IMG/VR virus record: IMGVR_UViG_3300009183_000053
Reading direction: 5' to 3' (one strand)
DNA: 64,000 bases
From: an uncultured virus (IMG/VR IMGVR_UViG_3300009183_000053)
Lineage: Duplodnaviria > Heunggongvirae > Uroviricota > Caudoviricetes
This document shows, piece by piece, positions 33,234 through 42,818 of the stretch. Both the position numbers and the translations under genes were made by a program. How positions within the stretch are numbered: position 1 is the first letter of the stretch; every line of letters starts with the position of its first letter. The notes below the pieces were generated by a model, which saw only the letters and a list, made by a program, of their open reading frames with translations, was not told where the DNA came from and did not search any database.

Positions 33234-34716
33234 TTTTTAGTCCTATATTGTAAATTTTAAAAGAGAACTGTTCTTCATTATATATCTTCACTCTTTCTAC
33301 GAAGTGTTGCAGAGTAAAGTTTGTATGTTTTTTGATTCTAAGGTCGTCTGCAATATCATAAAGAGTTGCAATCTCTTTGCCATCAGACTGTCTTAAACCA
33401 CGGCCAATAGACTGTAGATTCCTAACCCTAGACTTAGATGGTGATGTGAATATAATGTTGTGCAGATTTCTAATGTTTGTACCAGTACTTGTTGTACCAA
33501 ATGATGCCACAAAAATTGCATCATTTTCTAATTCCATAATTCTACGTATTTCTTCTCTGACTTCTGTTTCAACGTCACCATCAACAAAGAATACCTTACG
33601 ACCAACGGCCTTTTCTTTAATCATTTCGTACAGTATTTTACCGTGTTTCTTCATTTGAAACAATACCAATGTATTTTTGGTTAAACTTACTGCCAAATTA
33701 CGGATGAAACGATTGCGGTTTTCAGATTCTATTAAGTACTTCAGTTCATCTGGATAAGACTTGTCTTTCATTTGTTGACAAATCTCCTCAGAGTGTTTTA
33801 GTACCAAACACTTGATGTTGAAAAATGACAGTTGTTTCTTGTCAATCAACTCTTTGGTTGTTACAACTTTTTTAGTTGGTCCAAACAAACCTTCTAGTAC
33901 CAACTTATGTGTCTTTGTTCCATCCAAAGTTCCAGTAAGACCAATACGGTACTTGGCATTGACACATGATGTTAATATGGAAGTCAAAGACTGTGCTTTG
34001 AATAGATGGGCTTCGTCACCAATGACGTAATCAAATTGATGAAAGTATTCTGGCGGCATCTTGTAAAGTGATTGCCATGTGGAGATTGTTATTGCTTTGT
34101 CTGTTGTTTTTTCTTTACCTTGGTAGATTCTGTGTACGTGCATGTAGTTTTTAAAACCAGATTCACTTGCATAATCTCCAAAATCTCCATACAACTGTTC
34201 AACCAATGAGGTGGTTGGCACAATAATAAGACCTTTTAGATTTTGATAATCTAACAACTGGCGACAAATCAAATAGATGATTAGTGACTTGCCTGATGCG
34301 GTTGGTGACAACAACAAGGTTCTACGTTTTTGTATTGCTTCAATGAACGCATGTTCTTGGTGTTCTCTGACACCAATTGGTTTGCCTTGTGAATGTAGAT
34401 TCAAAGTATCAAAGAATTTATGTGCATGATACACAGAATATTCATCTTCAATTAGGTCATGTGAGTAGGCATATTCACGTTCATCACAAAATTCTGTAAG
34501 ATATGTAACTAGTCCAAGATATAATTGACTGGTCTGTAGATTGAATAGACGAATCTTACCATCCCAAATGCGATTCCGATAGGCTGGAACGAACTGATAA
34601 CCGGGTACAAAGAATGTGAAGTACTCTGATAGTTCCCGTGCAACGTGGCGTTCGCATTCCACTTTGCCGTAAACTTCGTTTACTTTGGTTATTGTGATGT
34701 GTTCATTGACCGCCAA
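33223..34716 (-). CDS. uvsW: SF2 helicase UvsW
   Basis: PTASGKS, DEAH and LQSIGRGLR. Confidence 0.95.
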   Translation of the reverse strand: MAVNEHITITKVNEVYGKVECERHVARELSEYFTFFVPGYQFVPAYRNRIWDGKIRLFNLQTSQLYLGLVTYLTEFCDEREYAYSHDLIEDEYSVYHAHKFFDTLNLHSQGKPIGVREHQEHAFIEAIQKRRTLLLSPTASGKSLIIYLICRQLLDYQNLKGLIIVPTTSLVEQLYGDFGDYASESGFKNYMHVHRIYQGKEKTTDKAITISTWQSLYKMPPEYFHQFDYVIGDEAHLFKAQSLTSILTSCVNAKYRIGLTGTLDGTKTHKLVLEGLFGPTKKVVTTKELIDKKQLSFFNIKCLVLKHSEEICQQMKDKSYPDELKYLIESENRNRFIRNLAVSLTKNTLVLFQMKKHGKILYEMIKEKAVGRKVFFVDGDVETEVREEIRRIMELENDAIFVASFGTTSTGTNIRNLHNIIFTSPSKSRVRNLQSIGRGLRQSDGKEIATLYDIADDLRIKKHTNFTLQHFVERVKIYNEEQFSFKIYNIGLKNGS

Positions 34717-35137
34717 TGAATTTCTCCCAAGATATAAAATCTCTTAACTGCCATGTTCTTTGTTTAAGTTCGGCCATAATTGATTCAACCACGGATGTGA
34801 CTTCTTCATGGTATACTTTCTTTTCAAGTAACTTGATGAGGTCTTTATCTGCTTCTAGGTAGGTGTTGATATCCGATTTGAGTGCAAATTGAAATGGATC
34901 CCAACCATATTGTTCCAATTCTTCTTCGGACATTTTGCCAGTAAAGTATTCCCATTTGACCTTACGCATACGTAGATAATCAAAGTGGGCTTTTTTGGAC
35001 GCAATCTTATGCTTGGTTAAAATACCAAGATACTTGCTGTGATATTTGGGAATGTTTAATAATTCTTTAGACGGCTCGGTTTGGTCTATAACCGCATCGC
35101 TTTCCCACATTTTTAATATTTGTTCAAGTGTTTCCAT
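34703..35137 (-). CDS. uvsY: Recombination mediator UvsY
   Basis: IPKYHSKY and W.KFIGG, plus synteny. Confidence 0.9.
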   Translation of the reverse strand: METLEQILKMWESDAVIDQTEPSKELLNIPKYHSKYLGILTKHKIASKKAHFDYLRMRKVKWEYFTGKMSEEELEQYGWDPFQFALKSDINTYLEADKDLIKLLEKKVYHEEVTSVVESIMAELKQRTWQLRDFISWEKFIGGQ

Positions 35138-35155
35138 AATATCTCAACTTATAAA

Positions 35156-35653
35156 TTAATTAAAATTTTCACATTCTATTATAATATTTTTTATATCTTC
35201 TTGGTTTATATTAAACCATTCACCTTTTACTTTTTTATCGGCATATTTTTTGTGTAAATGTTTTTCAACTTTATTTACATCTTTCAACAATGGTGATTTA
35301 TAATAAACTTCAATTTCCATCCAATGTGATGTTTGCATTGCTCTTAATCTATTGGAAACATCTTTACCAACTGTAATACCAATTTTATATGGAAGGTTTG
35401 TGTTATTTTTTGGCCCCATAACATATAAAGTTCCTGTATTTTTTATATCAATTGATTTTCTACTTCTAATAGATAATCTTTTTTCTTTTAATTGTTTGGT
35501 GTAATTTAATTGATATGTTTTGGCACAAGAAATACATTTACCTATTGAAGTTATTTCTTTATTTTTAATTGTCTTTTTAATTTGATTATCATAAAAGTTT
35601 TCGGTTGTAGCCAATTTTGGTATTTTACAATCGGTACAAGTATATAATTTCAT
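35156..35653 (-). CDS. GIY-YIG/T5orf172-family endonuclease-like protein
   Basis: LYVM...YKIGIT...RL..MQT...EKHLH...GEWF, with N-terminal CxxC pairs. Very AT-rich. Confidence 0.8.
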   Translation of the reverse strand: MKLYTCTDCKIPKLATTENFYDNQIKKTIKNKEITSIGKCISCAKTYQLNYTKQLKEKRLSIRSRKSIDIKNTGTLYVMGPKNNTNLPYKIGITVGKDVSNRLRAMQTSHWMEIEVYYKSPLLKDVNKVEKHLHKKYADKKVKGEWFNINQEDIKNIIIECENFN

Positions 35654-35693
35654 ATGACTTTATTTAAAGAATATATTAAAATGCAATAAAAAC

Positions 35694-35722
35694 ATTATAA
35701 CACAAAATGATTACACTGTCAA
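35694..35722 (-). promoter_or_regulatory. Sigma70 promoter for uvsY-uvsW
   Basis: TTGACA-N17-TATAAT. Confidence 0.8.
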
Positions 35723-36223
35723 GTAGGTATACGATTGATATCTAAATGTTGCCGTTGCGGTCAATATTGTATCCGCAGATTGTGTGGTGTCAAATCTAAT
35801 ATCACTAATACTCAAAGGAAATAAGTTGGTGTAGTGTATTCTAACCAAAGGATTGTTTAGTCCACTTAGTATACTTAATGTGGCATCTGAGAAGTGTTTA
35901 TTGGTTTGTAGTTCTCTACTGCCATCACGTTTCTCAAATCCATCTGGATCAGCCATTGACAAAAACCAATCGTACATGTTTTTCCATCCTTGTAGTTCTT
36001 CATCTAATATGAATTCTACAACCAATGGATCATATGTTAACTTGGTACCAGGTGAATACATGTCCAAGAATGGTGTTGCTCGGCTTACTTCACCTAAAGT
36101 TACACCAGGAAGGTTAACAGTTTGACAGAAATATTGTGTGGTTCTAATTCTATCAAACGTTAATAAAAACTTCGTTGACTGTAATAGGTTTGTGTTCTCA
36201 GGACTTCTGTTTATTGCTGTCAT
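35711..36223 (-). CDS. gp3: Tail completion / tube terminator
   Basis: YFCQTVNLPG, YDPL...DE and SDATL. Confidence 0.88.
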   Translation of the reverse strand: MTAINRSPENTNLLQSTKFLLTFDRIRTTQYFCQTVNLPGVTLGEVSRATPFLDMYSPGTKLTYDPLVVEFILDEELQGWKNMYDWFLSMADPDGFEKRDGSRELQTNKHFSDATLSILSGLNNPLVRIHYTNLFPLSISDIRFDTTQSADTILTATATFRYQSYTYLTV

Positions 36224-36252
36224 TTTATCTCCTCTATCAGTATTTAGGAGCC

Positions 36253-36281
36253 AAAAAAAAGACCACCCGAAGGTGGTCTTT
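36253..36281 (-). terminator. Terminator after the major capsid gene
   Basis: GACCACC-TTCG-GGTGGTC followed by T8. Confidence 0.92.
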
Positions 36282-36309
36282 AAAGTGTCACTCTGCGGTG
36301 ACTCTGGTC

Positions 36310-37656
36310 TTACATCAAGTTTTTAACTTGGAAGATACGGTAGTAAACGTTTGAACGTGCGTTCAATGCGCCATTGCCACTTGTCAAACCAGTTGCGAAT
36401 GGGTTTGCAACCATGCCGTAACGTGTTTTGAAACCAATCTTTGGTTGGAATGTGTACTGGTCAATTGCACGAACCATTTGCAACGGTACGTATGGGCAAT
36501 AGAAGATACCAGCGTCATAAGGAGAAGTACCCTTATAACCGATTGTCACCAATTCTTGGTTAGATGTGTAACCACCGAAGTATGGGTCAATATAGACCTT
36601 GATACGACCGTGTAACATACCAGCAAATGTATTGCCTGTGTCATCAACTTGTAGGTCAGCGTTTAGGTTAGGTGTATATTGCAACACGCCAGCCATAGCC
36701 ATAGCAGAAGCAACATCAGATGATACAATCATCACGTTGCCTTTACCTCTACGAGTTTGTTTTGCAATAACGTTAGCATCACGTTCGATTTGGAAAATCA
36801 AACCTTTGAAACGTTCAACAGACCAACGACCGTTAGAGTCTGTGTCCAAGTCGAAAGAACCAGCAGTTGTAGTACCATACTGAGCGCCTGCAACAGCACA
36901 TGTGTAGATAGTACGGATAACTTCACGGTTGATTTCAGCAAGAATCTCAGTAGAAAGAATGTTGCTCAATTCTGTTTCAGCATCCAAACCATGGATTGCT
37001 TTCAAGTCTTGTGCAAGTTCTAGTGAGTATTCAGCTTTCAATGCACGGCTTTGTGCAGTAACAGTAACTTTCTCAATTGAGAATGCCATTTGTTTGAAAG
37101 GACTATCTGTGTCGGCACCTAGTGCTTCAGCAGTTGCTGTTGAAAATGCAATACCAGTTGTGTAGTGGTTAGCAGTCAAATCTGCAACAGGGTTTGTACG
37201 GATATCTGTTGCGTTGTTACCACGGAATCCGTATGGATTAGAAGTAGACAATGCACCAGAGAACTCTGTGTTTGCTTCGTTGAAGAACGCTTCGTTTGTG
37301 TTGCTTGGTGAACCAGATTGTGTGTCGTAACGAGCACGCATTGCAAAGATTAGACCAGTAGGTCCAGTCATTGGCTGAACGCCTGCAACATCATAAGCAA
37401 TCAAGTTAGGCAATGCACGGCGAACCAAACTGATTAAGATTGGGTCGTAGTTAGAAATGCCAGAACCTGTAACGTTTGTTGGTGCAGAAGACACAGCAGT
37501 TTCATTCAACTGTTGTGATGCTGTAGCCATTTCACGTTGTTGGTTTTCCAATACAAGTGCTGTAACAGCTTTTCTGTACGGATCTTTGATAGACTCTAGA
37601 CCTTCGTGTTCAAGGACTGGTGCCCATTTTTTTTGTAATTCTTCGGTTAGATACAT
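36310..37656 (-). CDS. gp23: Major capsid protein
   Basis: GVQPMTGPTGLIFAMR, ELAQDLKAIHGLDAE and FQPKIGFKTRYG. Confidence 0.98.
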   Translation of the reverse strand: MYLTEELQKKWAPVLEHEGLESIKDPYRKAVTALVLENQQREMATASQQLNETAVSSAPTNVTGSGISNYDPILISLVRRALPNLIAYDVAGVQPMTGPTGLIFAMRARYDTQSGSPSNTNEAFFNEANTEFSGALSTSNPYGFRGNNATDIRTNPVADLTANHYTTGIAFSTATAEALGADTDSPFKQMAFSIEKVTVTAQSRALKAEYSLELAQDLKAIHGLDAETELSNILSTEILAEINREVIRTIYTCAVAGAQYGTTTAGSFDLDTDSNGRWSVERFKGLIFQIERDANVIAKQTRRGKGNVMIVSSDVASAMAMAGVLQYTPNLNADLQVDDTGNTFAGMLHGRIKVYIDPYFGGYTSNQELVTIGYKGTSPYDAGIFYCPYVPLQMVRAIDQYTFQPKIGFKTRYGMVANPFATGLTSGNGALNARSNVYYRIFQVKNLM

Positions 37657-37697
37657 TAATGTTCTCCTTATTAGTATCTTTTATTGGTAAAGTTTAT

Positions 37698-38957
37698 TTA
37701 TTTAACCAATGATTTAGAGATTGTTTGTGCGTACTGAGCGATTGCAGGATCAGTAGATGCCATTGGCTTCTTCTCATCTTCAACTTCTACAGCTTCATGT
37801 AGAGCAGAACTAACTGGTGCTTTAACTGTTTGTTGGAAGTATGAATCTACCAATGTTTCTAGTTTGCGACCAAATTCTTCTTCAGTAGTAAACTCAACAC
37901 TCTCTGCGAGTGATTTTAGTTTCTCTACTTGTGTCTGCGTCAGGCCTTCACATACTGCATGTATAGCCTCTGTCTTTTTGTGTTCGTTAATTTGTTTCTT
38001 CATTTCAACGTTACGTGAAATTTCTTCGTTGACTGAAGTTTCTAATTCTTCAACCTTTGTGGTCAATTCTTCCACAACATCCACTTTTTCATCTGGAATG
38101 TCGATGTAATGTTCTTCGAATAGACCTTTTAGACCACGAATGAAATCTTCAACGATTTCAGAACGTAGACCTTTTTCGATTGCCAATTGGTTTTCTTTGA
38201 ACCATTCTTCGGCCATATAGTTGATGTAATCATCCAACTTTTTAGCCAAATCTTCTTTAACTGATTCAACAGCCACTTCGAATTCTTCGTACAATGCTTC
38301 TTCAACTTCTTCCATAATGGATTGTGAACGAGCAATAACGGCAGATTCAAAAATTGTGGTTGCTTTTGTTTTGAATTCTTCTGAAAGGTCTTCACCTGAA
38401 AGCAATGCACCTACGTCTTGGTCCATTTGTTCTTTCATTTTTTGTTTCTTCATCATAGACTTAATCATTTTTTTGTCTTCTGCTGCATCTTCATGACCTT
38501 CTTTTTCTTCTGCAACAACTTCTTCTGCTTCTACTTTTTCTTCAGCATAAGACTGGAATGTTGCACCTGGATTTGCTTGCATCATTTGTGGTGCAAGTTT
38601 AGCTTTGATACGGTCACGGATTGCGTTGTAATCGGTTGCTGCAGCTTGAACAGCTTTGTGTTCAGAACCTTGTGAGTCAGCAGGACCAGTCAACTTCTGT
38701 GCAGGCATTGAACCAACTGGTGGTGTTGCGCCTGGTGGTGTTGCTGTTGGTGTACCTTTTGTGTAGTCACCAGTTTCATCATCTTGTTTTTTGATTTCAC
38801 CAGCAACTTCACCAACATCTTTTGTGCCATAAGCAACAGACGTAGGTAGTTTAGATGAACCTTCTTTGTGGCCACGAGCTACAGAAGCTTCAAAGTTTTC
38901 TTTTGCGCCTTCTGTAAGAATTGATTTAGCGGCGTCTGTCAGATTAAATTTTCCCAT
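37698..38957 (-). CDS. gp22: Prohead core scaffold protein
   Basis: Acidic coiled coil, LSEEFKTKATTIFE and synteny. Confidence 0.92.
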   Translation of the reverse strand: MGKFNLTDAAKSILTEGAKENFEASVARGHKEGSSKLPTSVAYGTKDVGEVAGEIKKQDDETGDYTKGTPTATPPGATPPVGSMPAQKLTGPADSQGSEHKAVQAAATDYNAIRDRIKAKLAPQMMQANPGATFQSYAEEKVEAEEVVAEEKEGHEDAAEDKKMIKSMMKKQKMKEQMDQDVGALLSGEDLSEEFKTKATTIFESAVIARSQSIMEEVEEALYEEFEVAVESVKEDLAKKLDDYINYMAEEWFKENQLAIEKGLRSEIVEDFIRGLKGLFEEHYIDIPDEKVDVVEELTTKVEELETSVNEEISRNVEMKKQINEHKKTEAIHAVCEGLTQTQVEKLKSLAESVEFTTEEEFGRKLETLVDSYFQQTVKAPVSSALHEAVEVEDEKKPMASTDPAIAQYAQTISKSLVK

Positions 38958-38985
38958 TTTGAGAATCTCCTTGATTTATATTGGA

Positions 38986-38993
38986 TATTTATA
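38986..38993 (-). promoter_or_regulatory. T4-type late promoter
   Basis: TATAAATA upstream of gp22, with another copy at 40196-40203. Confidence 0.8.
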
Positions 38994-38994
38994 T

Positions 38995-39639
38995 TTAAAG
39001 TTTTTTAAGGAAGTTTTCAAAGATTTTTAAGCTTACGGCTTCAATCTCTTTGCTAGATGCTTGCTTAATTTCTTGCTTTGCAACTTCGTGTTGTTCTTCG
39101 GTCCATATACCGTTAACCAACATCCATTCCTTACCTTCCATAATTCCCTGTACAAAAGCACCAGGTGCAGAAGGATCTGCTACAATATCTGCCGCTGTGG
39201 CCAGATGAAAGTCTCCTTGAACGACATTGATGCCGTTTTCCATTTTAAGAGAACCCATACCTCTAGATGACACACCAAGTTGTGCGCCGCCTTCAATAAG
39301 GTTTCTTGCAATGTTACCCATAGGGGTTTCAAGAATTTTTGCTTTGCCTATCCAAGCATTTCCCTCTTGACGTAGACCCACAATTAAGTGAGACACACGG
39401 TCAAGATTAATGGATGGGGTGTCTGGATGTCCCAGTTCACCAAAGGCACGATTTTTATTAATGTATTCTTCGCTGTAACGGTTAACTTCATTACGCATTG
39501 TTTCTTCTCTGTACATGCGTTTATTTTTGTTAACTGATTCTGCAACTAGAAACGGACCTTCAATGAAAAGAGTTTTCTTTCCATCTTTTTCTTCCGTTAA
39601 GTATTGTACCGATTCGGTAAGTTCTCTAATGAGTTTCAT
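38995..39639 (-). CDS. gp21: Prohead protease
   Basis: GELGHP, GVSSRGMGS and DIVADPSAP. Confidence 0.95.
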   Translation of the reverse strand: MKLIRELTESVQYLTEEKDGKKTLFIEGPFLVAESVNKNKRMYREETMRNEVNRYSEEYINKNRAFGELGHPDTPSINLDRVSHLIVGLRQEGNAWIGKAKILETPMGNIARNLIEGGAQLGVSSRGMGSLKMENGINVVQGDFHLATAADIVADPSAPGAFVQGIMEGKEWMLVNGIWTEEQHEVAKQEIKQASSKEIEAVSLKIFENFLKKL

Positions 39640-39647
39640 TTTAATCC

Positions 39648-40169
39648 TTAAGGTCTAAGTGAATAACCACCATAATTAAATGCGGCAGGATCACTTAATT
39701 GGCCACGTTGATAGTGTTCATTGTCTTTACGTAATTCTAAAATCATTGTGTAACTATCATTTGCTGCCATACCTCTGGTGGACACAGCAATATCACCTTT
39801 GCAACCTGAAGTTCCTTTTGCATTGTTTGGTATTGTTACCCAGTTACCGGCCGAATCATATTCTCCGTTACCGTTCATAACAAATATAGGCAAAGGCGTG
39901 GATGCATTCCAAGATAATGTTACATCACCGCCAGCAGCACAATCATACCACAAACGATATATAGACAAACCGTAGAAACCTAATGCGCCAGTATTAGCTG
40001 CACTTGAAAGTAAATTACCTTTGGAAGTGTCCATTGCACCATATAAAGTATTTGCTTGAATACGTATAGTGTTTGATTCTTGACCTGTACCATCAAAAGA
40101 AGCAGTTAGTTTAATAACTGCATGTTCTGTTGTGTCTTTAATGACTTGATATGAAAATGAATTTGCCAT
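39648..40169 (-). CDS. Hypothetical virion protein
   Basis: 173 aa in the head module, with a late promoter. Confidence 0.7.
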   Translation of the reverse strand: MANSFSYQVIKDTTEHAVIKLTASFDGTGQESNTIRIQANTLYGAMDTSKGNLLSSAANTGALGFYGLSIYRLWYDCAAGGDVTLSWNASTPLPIFVMNGNGEYDSAGNWVTIPNNAKGTSGCKGDIAVSTRGMAANDSYTMILELRKDNEHYQRGQLSDPAAFNYGGYSLRP

Positions 40170-40215
40170 TTATAATTCCTGTTATGTTTGAATAATATTT
40201 ATACCAGTGTCAAAA

Positions 40216-40428
40216 TTATTCAGTTTCAGTTGTAACAGGTTCACCTGTGTGTACAACTTCATCTTCGGTCGTTGCATCATCTGGATTCATTAACTGCTTT
40301 GCAACTTCTACCTTATGTGTTTCGATATGAGCTCTAACTCTATCGTGTAGTGCAGAATATAATGCATTACGCATTTCGATTGCGTTATCTGTTTCTGCGT
40401 AGTCTACTATTTCTCTTGCTTTATCCAT
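40216..40428 (-). CDS. Small prohead core protein (gp67 position)
   Basis: Acidic 70-aa ORF after the portal gene. Confidence 0.6.
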   Translation of the reverse strand: MDKAREIVDYAETDNAIEMRNALYSALHDRVRAHIETHKVEVAKQLMNPDDATTEDEVVHTGEPVTTETE

Positions 40429-40441
40429 TGTTATCTCCTAA

Positions 40442-42187
40442 TTATAAAATGCGTTTCAATCTGGTAAATGTTGTTTCAACTTCTTCTAAGCTGAGGTCAC
40501 CTTTAACTGATTTCGAACCACTGGAACTTTTTGATTTACTACTTGATGATGAACTACCACCACCAGAACTGGAACCACCAGCTGGTGCAGGATCAGGCAT
40601 CAATTGTGCCTGTTGTACCATTTGGTCGGTTTGAACTTGTCCTAACATCTGTTGTTGTGCAACATCATTTGTTACACCAACAGGCAATCCAAGACCCATT
40701 TCTTTTTCTGTTTCAATTTCTTTATCCATGTCTGCAATCTCATCATCTGTTAGACGCAACACATTTTGTTGAATCCATTTTTGTGAGAAATAACGACCAG
40801 TATATGGATCAACCGATTGTAACAACGTTAATCTTTGTGACATTAATTCCGCTTCTTTTAATTCGGAGAAATTATTATCTTTAATGAAGTCATAATGAAT
40901 ATCTTCTTTAAACAATTCCCATTCTTCATCTGTACAAATGCCTTTTAGTACACACTGTACACGTAAGGCTTGATTGAATACTTCGGAAAATTTACTTCTT
41001 AATCTATCCACAAATTTAGAGAATTTCAATTCATCTCTAGTAATCTCTGATGAACGACCAAGTGAGAATCCTTGGTTAGGTTCTAACCTGGAGATTGGAA
41101 CACACAAGGCACCATATAGTTTCTTCTGAAAGTATTTAACGTCTTCCAGCTCACCTAGGTTCTGTCCACCTGGTAGTGTGGTAATCTCTGTGCCTTTGCC
41201 GCCTTCTCTACGTGGTAACCAGAAGTCTTCCATCATGGACATAAACTTGCGGTCATCACGTACTTCACCTGTATTGGCATCATAGACAAGTTTATTTTTA
41301 TACTTGACCATAATATCACGCATGTATTGTTCGGCCTTTAATTTTGGTAAATTGCCAACGTCAATGTAAAAGATACGGCGTTCTGGAGCTCTCGAAATAC
41401 GGTAAATGACCGTTGCATCCTCTATCATACGTAATTGATTTAGAGGCTTAATTGCTTTATGTAGATAACTCAGAACAACCGCACGGCGGGAGTCCATAAG
41501 ACCCGATACCACCGAAATAATAGAGTCTGTTGTAATGCGAACACCAACAGGACCAAAATTGGATGCACTACCGCTAACAACCTTGTCGTTGTATATGTAG
41601 TATTCATTCACTGGTTGCATAACATCTGCACCAGTTCTTTCATCTTTTTGTTTTTTCATCTCACGAACCTTACGTAATCTACGTGGGTCGATGTAACGAA
41701 GTTCTTTAATACCTTCTTGTGGTTTCTCACGGTCAATAATGATGTGATAGTACATTCTACCATCAACATAGTAACGGCGGAAGATATCTTGTGCCATGTT
41801 CTGATAACTCAACATACGCAAAACGGTATTGAATTCTTCTTTAATGGCTTTTTTAATTTTGTCGGCAACTTTTAAATCATCTAAAATAATTTGTGTTATT
41901 TTACCATCATCATCTTGAACAATAGCCTCATTAACTATATCATCTATCGCAGATTCAATTTCAGGTTGCATAGCCATTTCACGGTAACGAGAGATTAGTT
42001 CTACCTCATTCTTTGCGGTACCGTCAAGGTCAACATAAGTGCCGTAGTAAGCGGCAGATGTAATAGTTAATGCTCCATCATCTTGCGTTGGTGGCGCAAA
42101 TGATTGTTGTGCAGTAGAATCTTCCTCATCCTTTTGGCGAGAAATTGTAAAACCGAACAGTGAGAATTTGTTTGTGTTGTTTGCCAT
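40442..42187 (-). CDS. gp20: Portal protein
   Basis: YRISRAPERRIFYIDVGNLP and EDFWLPRREGGKGTEI. Confidence 0.97.
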   Translation of the reverse strand: MANNTNKFSLFGFTISRQKDEEDSTAQQSFAPPTQDDGALTITSAAYYGTYVDLDGTAKNEVELISRYREMAMQPEIESAIDDIVNEAIVQDDDGKITQIILDDLKVADKIKKAIKEEFNTVLRMLSYQNMAQDIFRRYYVDGRMYYHIIIDREKPQEGIKELRYIDPRRLRKVREMKKQKDERTGADVMQPVNEYYIYNDKVVSGSASNFGPVGVRITTDSIISVVSGLMDSRRAVVLSYLHKAIKPLNQLRMIEDATVIYRISRAPERRIFYIDVGNLPKLKAEQYMRDIMVKYKNKLVYDANTGEVRDDRKFMSMMEDFWLPRREGGKGTEITTLPGGQNLGELEDVKYFQKKLYGALCVPISRLEPNQGFSLGRSSEITRDELKFSKFVDRLRSKFSEVFNQALRVQCVLKGICTDEEWELFKEDIHYDFIKDNNFSELKEAELMSQRLTLLQSVDPYTGRYFSQKWIQQNVLRLTDDEIADMDKEIETEKEMGLGLPVGVTNDVAQQQMLGQVQTDQMVQQAQLMPDPAPAGGSSSGGGSSSSSSKSKSSSGSKSVKGDLSLEEVETTFTRLKRIL

Positions 42188-42250
42188 AGTTTGTGTGTAA
42201 TTATAAAATCAAAAAATCATGGGAGACCCTATTGGGCCTCCCGCTATATA

Positions 42251-42793
42251 TCAAGATGTTGTGTCTGTTTCCCAGAATTGGTAAGCAAACGTACATGTAA
42301 ATTCTTCAATTGCGTCATTTGAACCCCAATCAAGGTCGATTGGTGCCAAATCTAATGGAAATAAACCAACGAAATTATATTTCTTTAATTCGTTGCCTGT
42401 TTTACCATATTGAATAACGTTTGCATCAACAGAATAACCATTAGAATTTCTTGCTGCACCGCTTCTTATGTTACCTGAGTGACTATTGATAGAGTTCATC
42501 CAGTTTTCTAAAGAATTTCTGATTGCAAAATCTTCATCGTTAATGATTGTCAATGTCCAGTCAGCAAAAGTTCTGTTACCTGGAAACTTCATCTCACGTC
42601 CAAAGTAAAATACTGGAACTGTACCGATTGAAGAACCTGGTAGTTGTGCTGTTTTGGCCATAAAGGTTAGTTTTTGGCCAGCAGATGTTGAGTTTGTTAC
42701 GTTTGATGGAAATATTAAAGAGACAGAGAATAAATTAGGACGTGCTCCGTCTCCAATCATATTAGCTCTGAATTCTGATACATTAAATGCCAT
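42251..42793 (-). CDS. gp19: Tail tube protein
   Basis: GARPNLF, RTFADWT and IEEF. Confidence 0.94.
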   Translation of the reverse strand: MAFNVSEFRANMIGDGARPNLFSVSLIFPSNVTNSTSAGQKLTFMAKTAQLPGSSIGTVPVFYFGREMKFPGNRTFADWTLTIINDEDFAIRNSLENWMNSINSHSGNIRSGAARNSNGYSVDANVIQYGKTGNELKKYNFVGLFPLDLAPIDLDWGSNDAIEEFTCTFAYQFWETDTTS

Positions 42794-42818
42794 TGTTTTC
42801 TCCTATATCGTTTATTTA

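Noticed and set aside
40500..40600. Ser/Gly low-complexity tail of the portal protein
   Set aside because: Probably a variable disordered C-terminus, with no evidence of a separate element.
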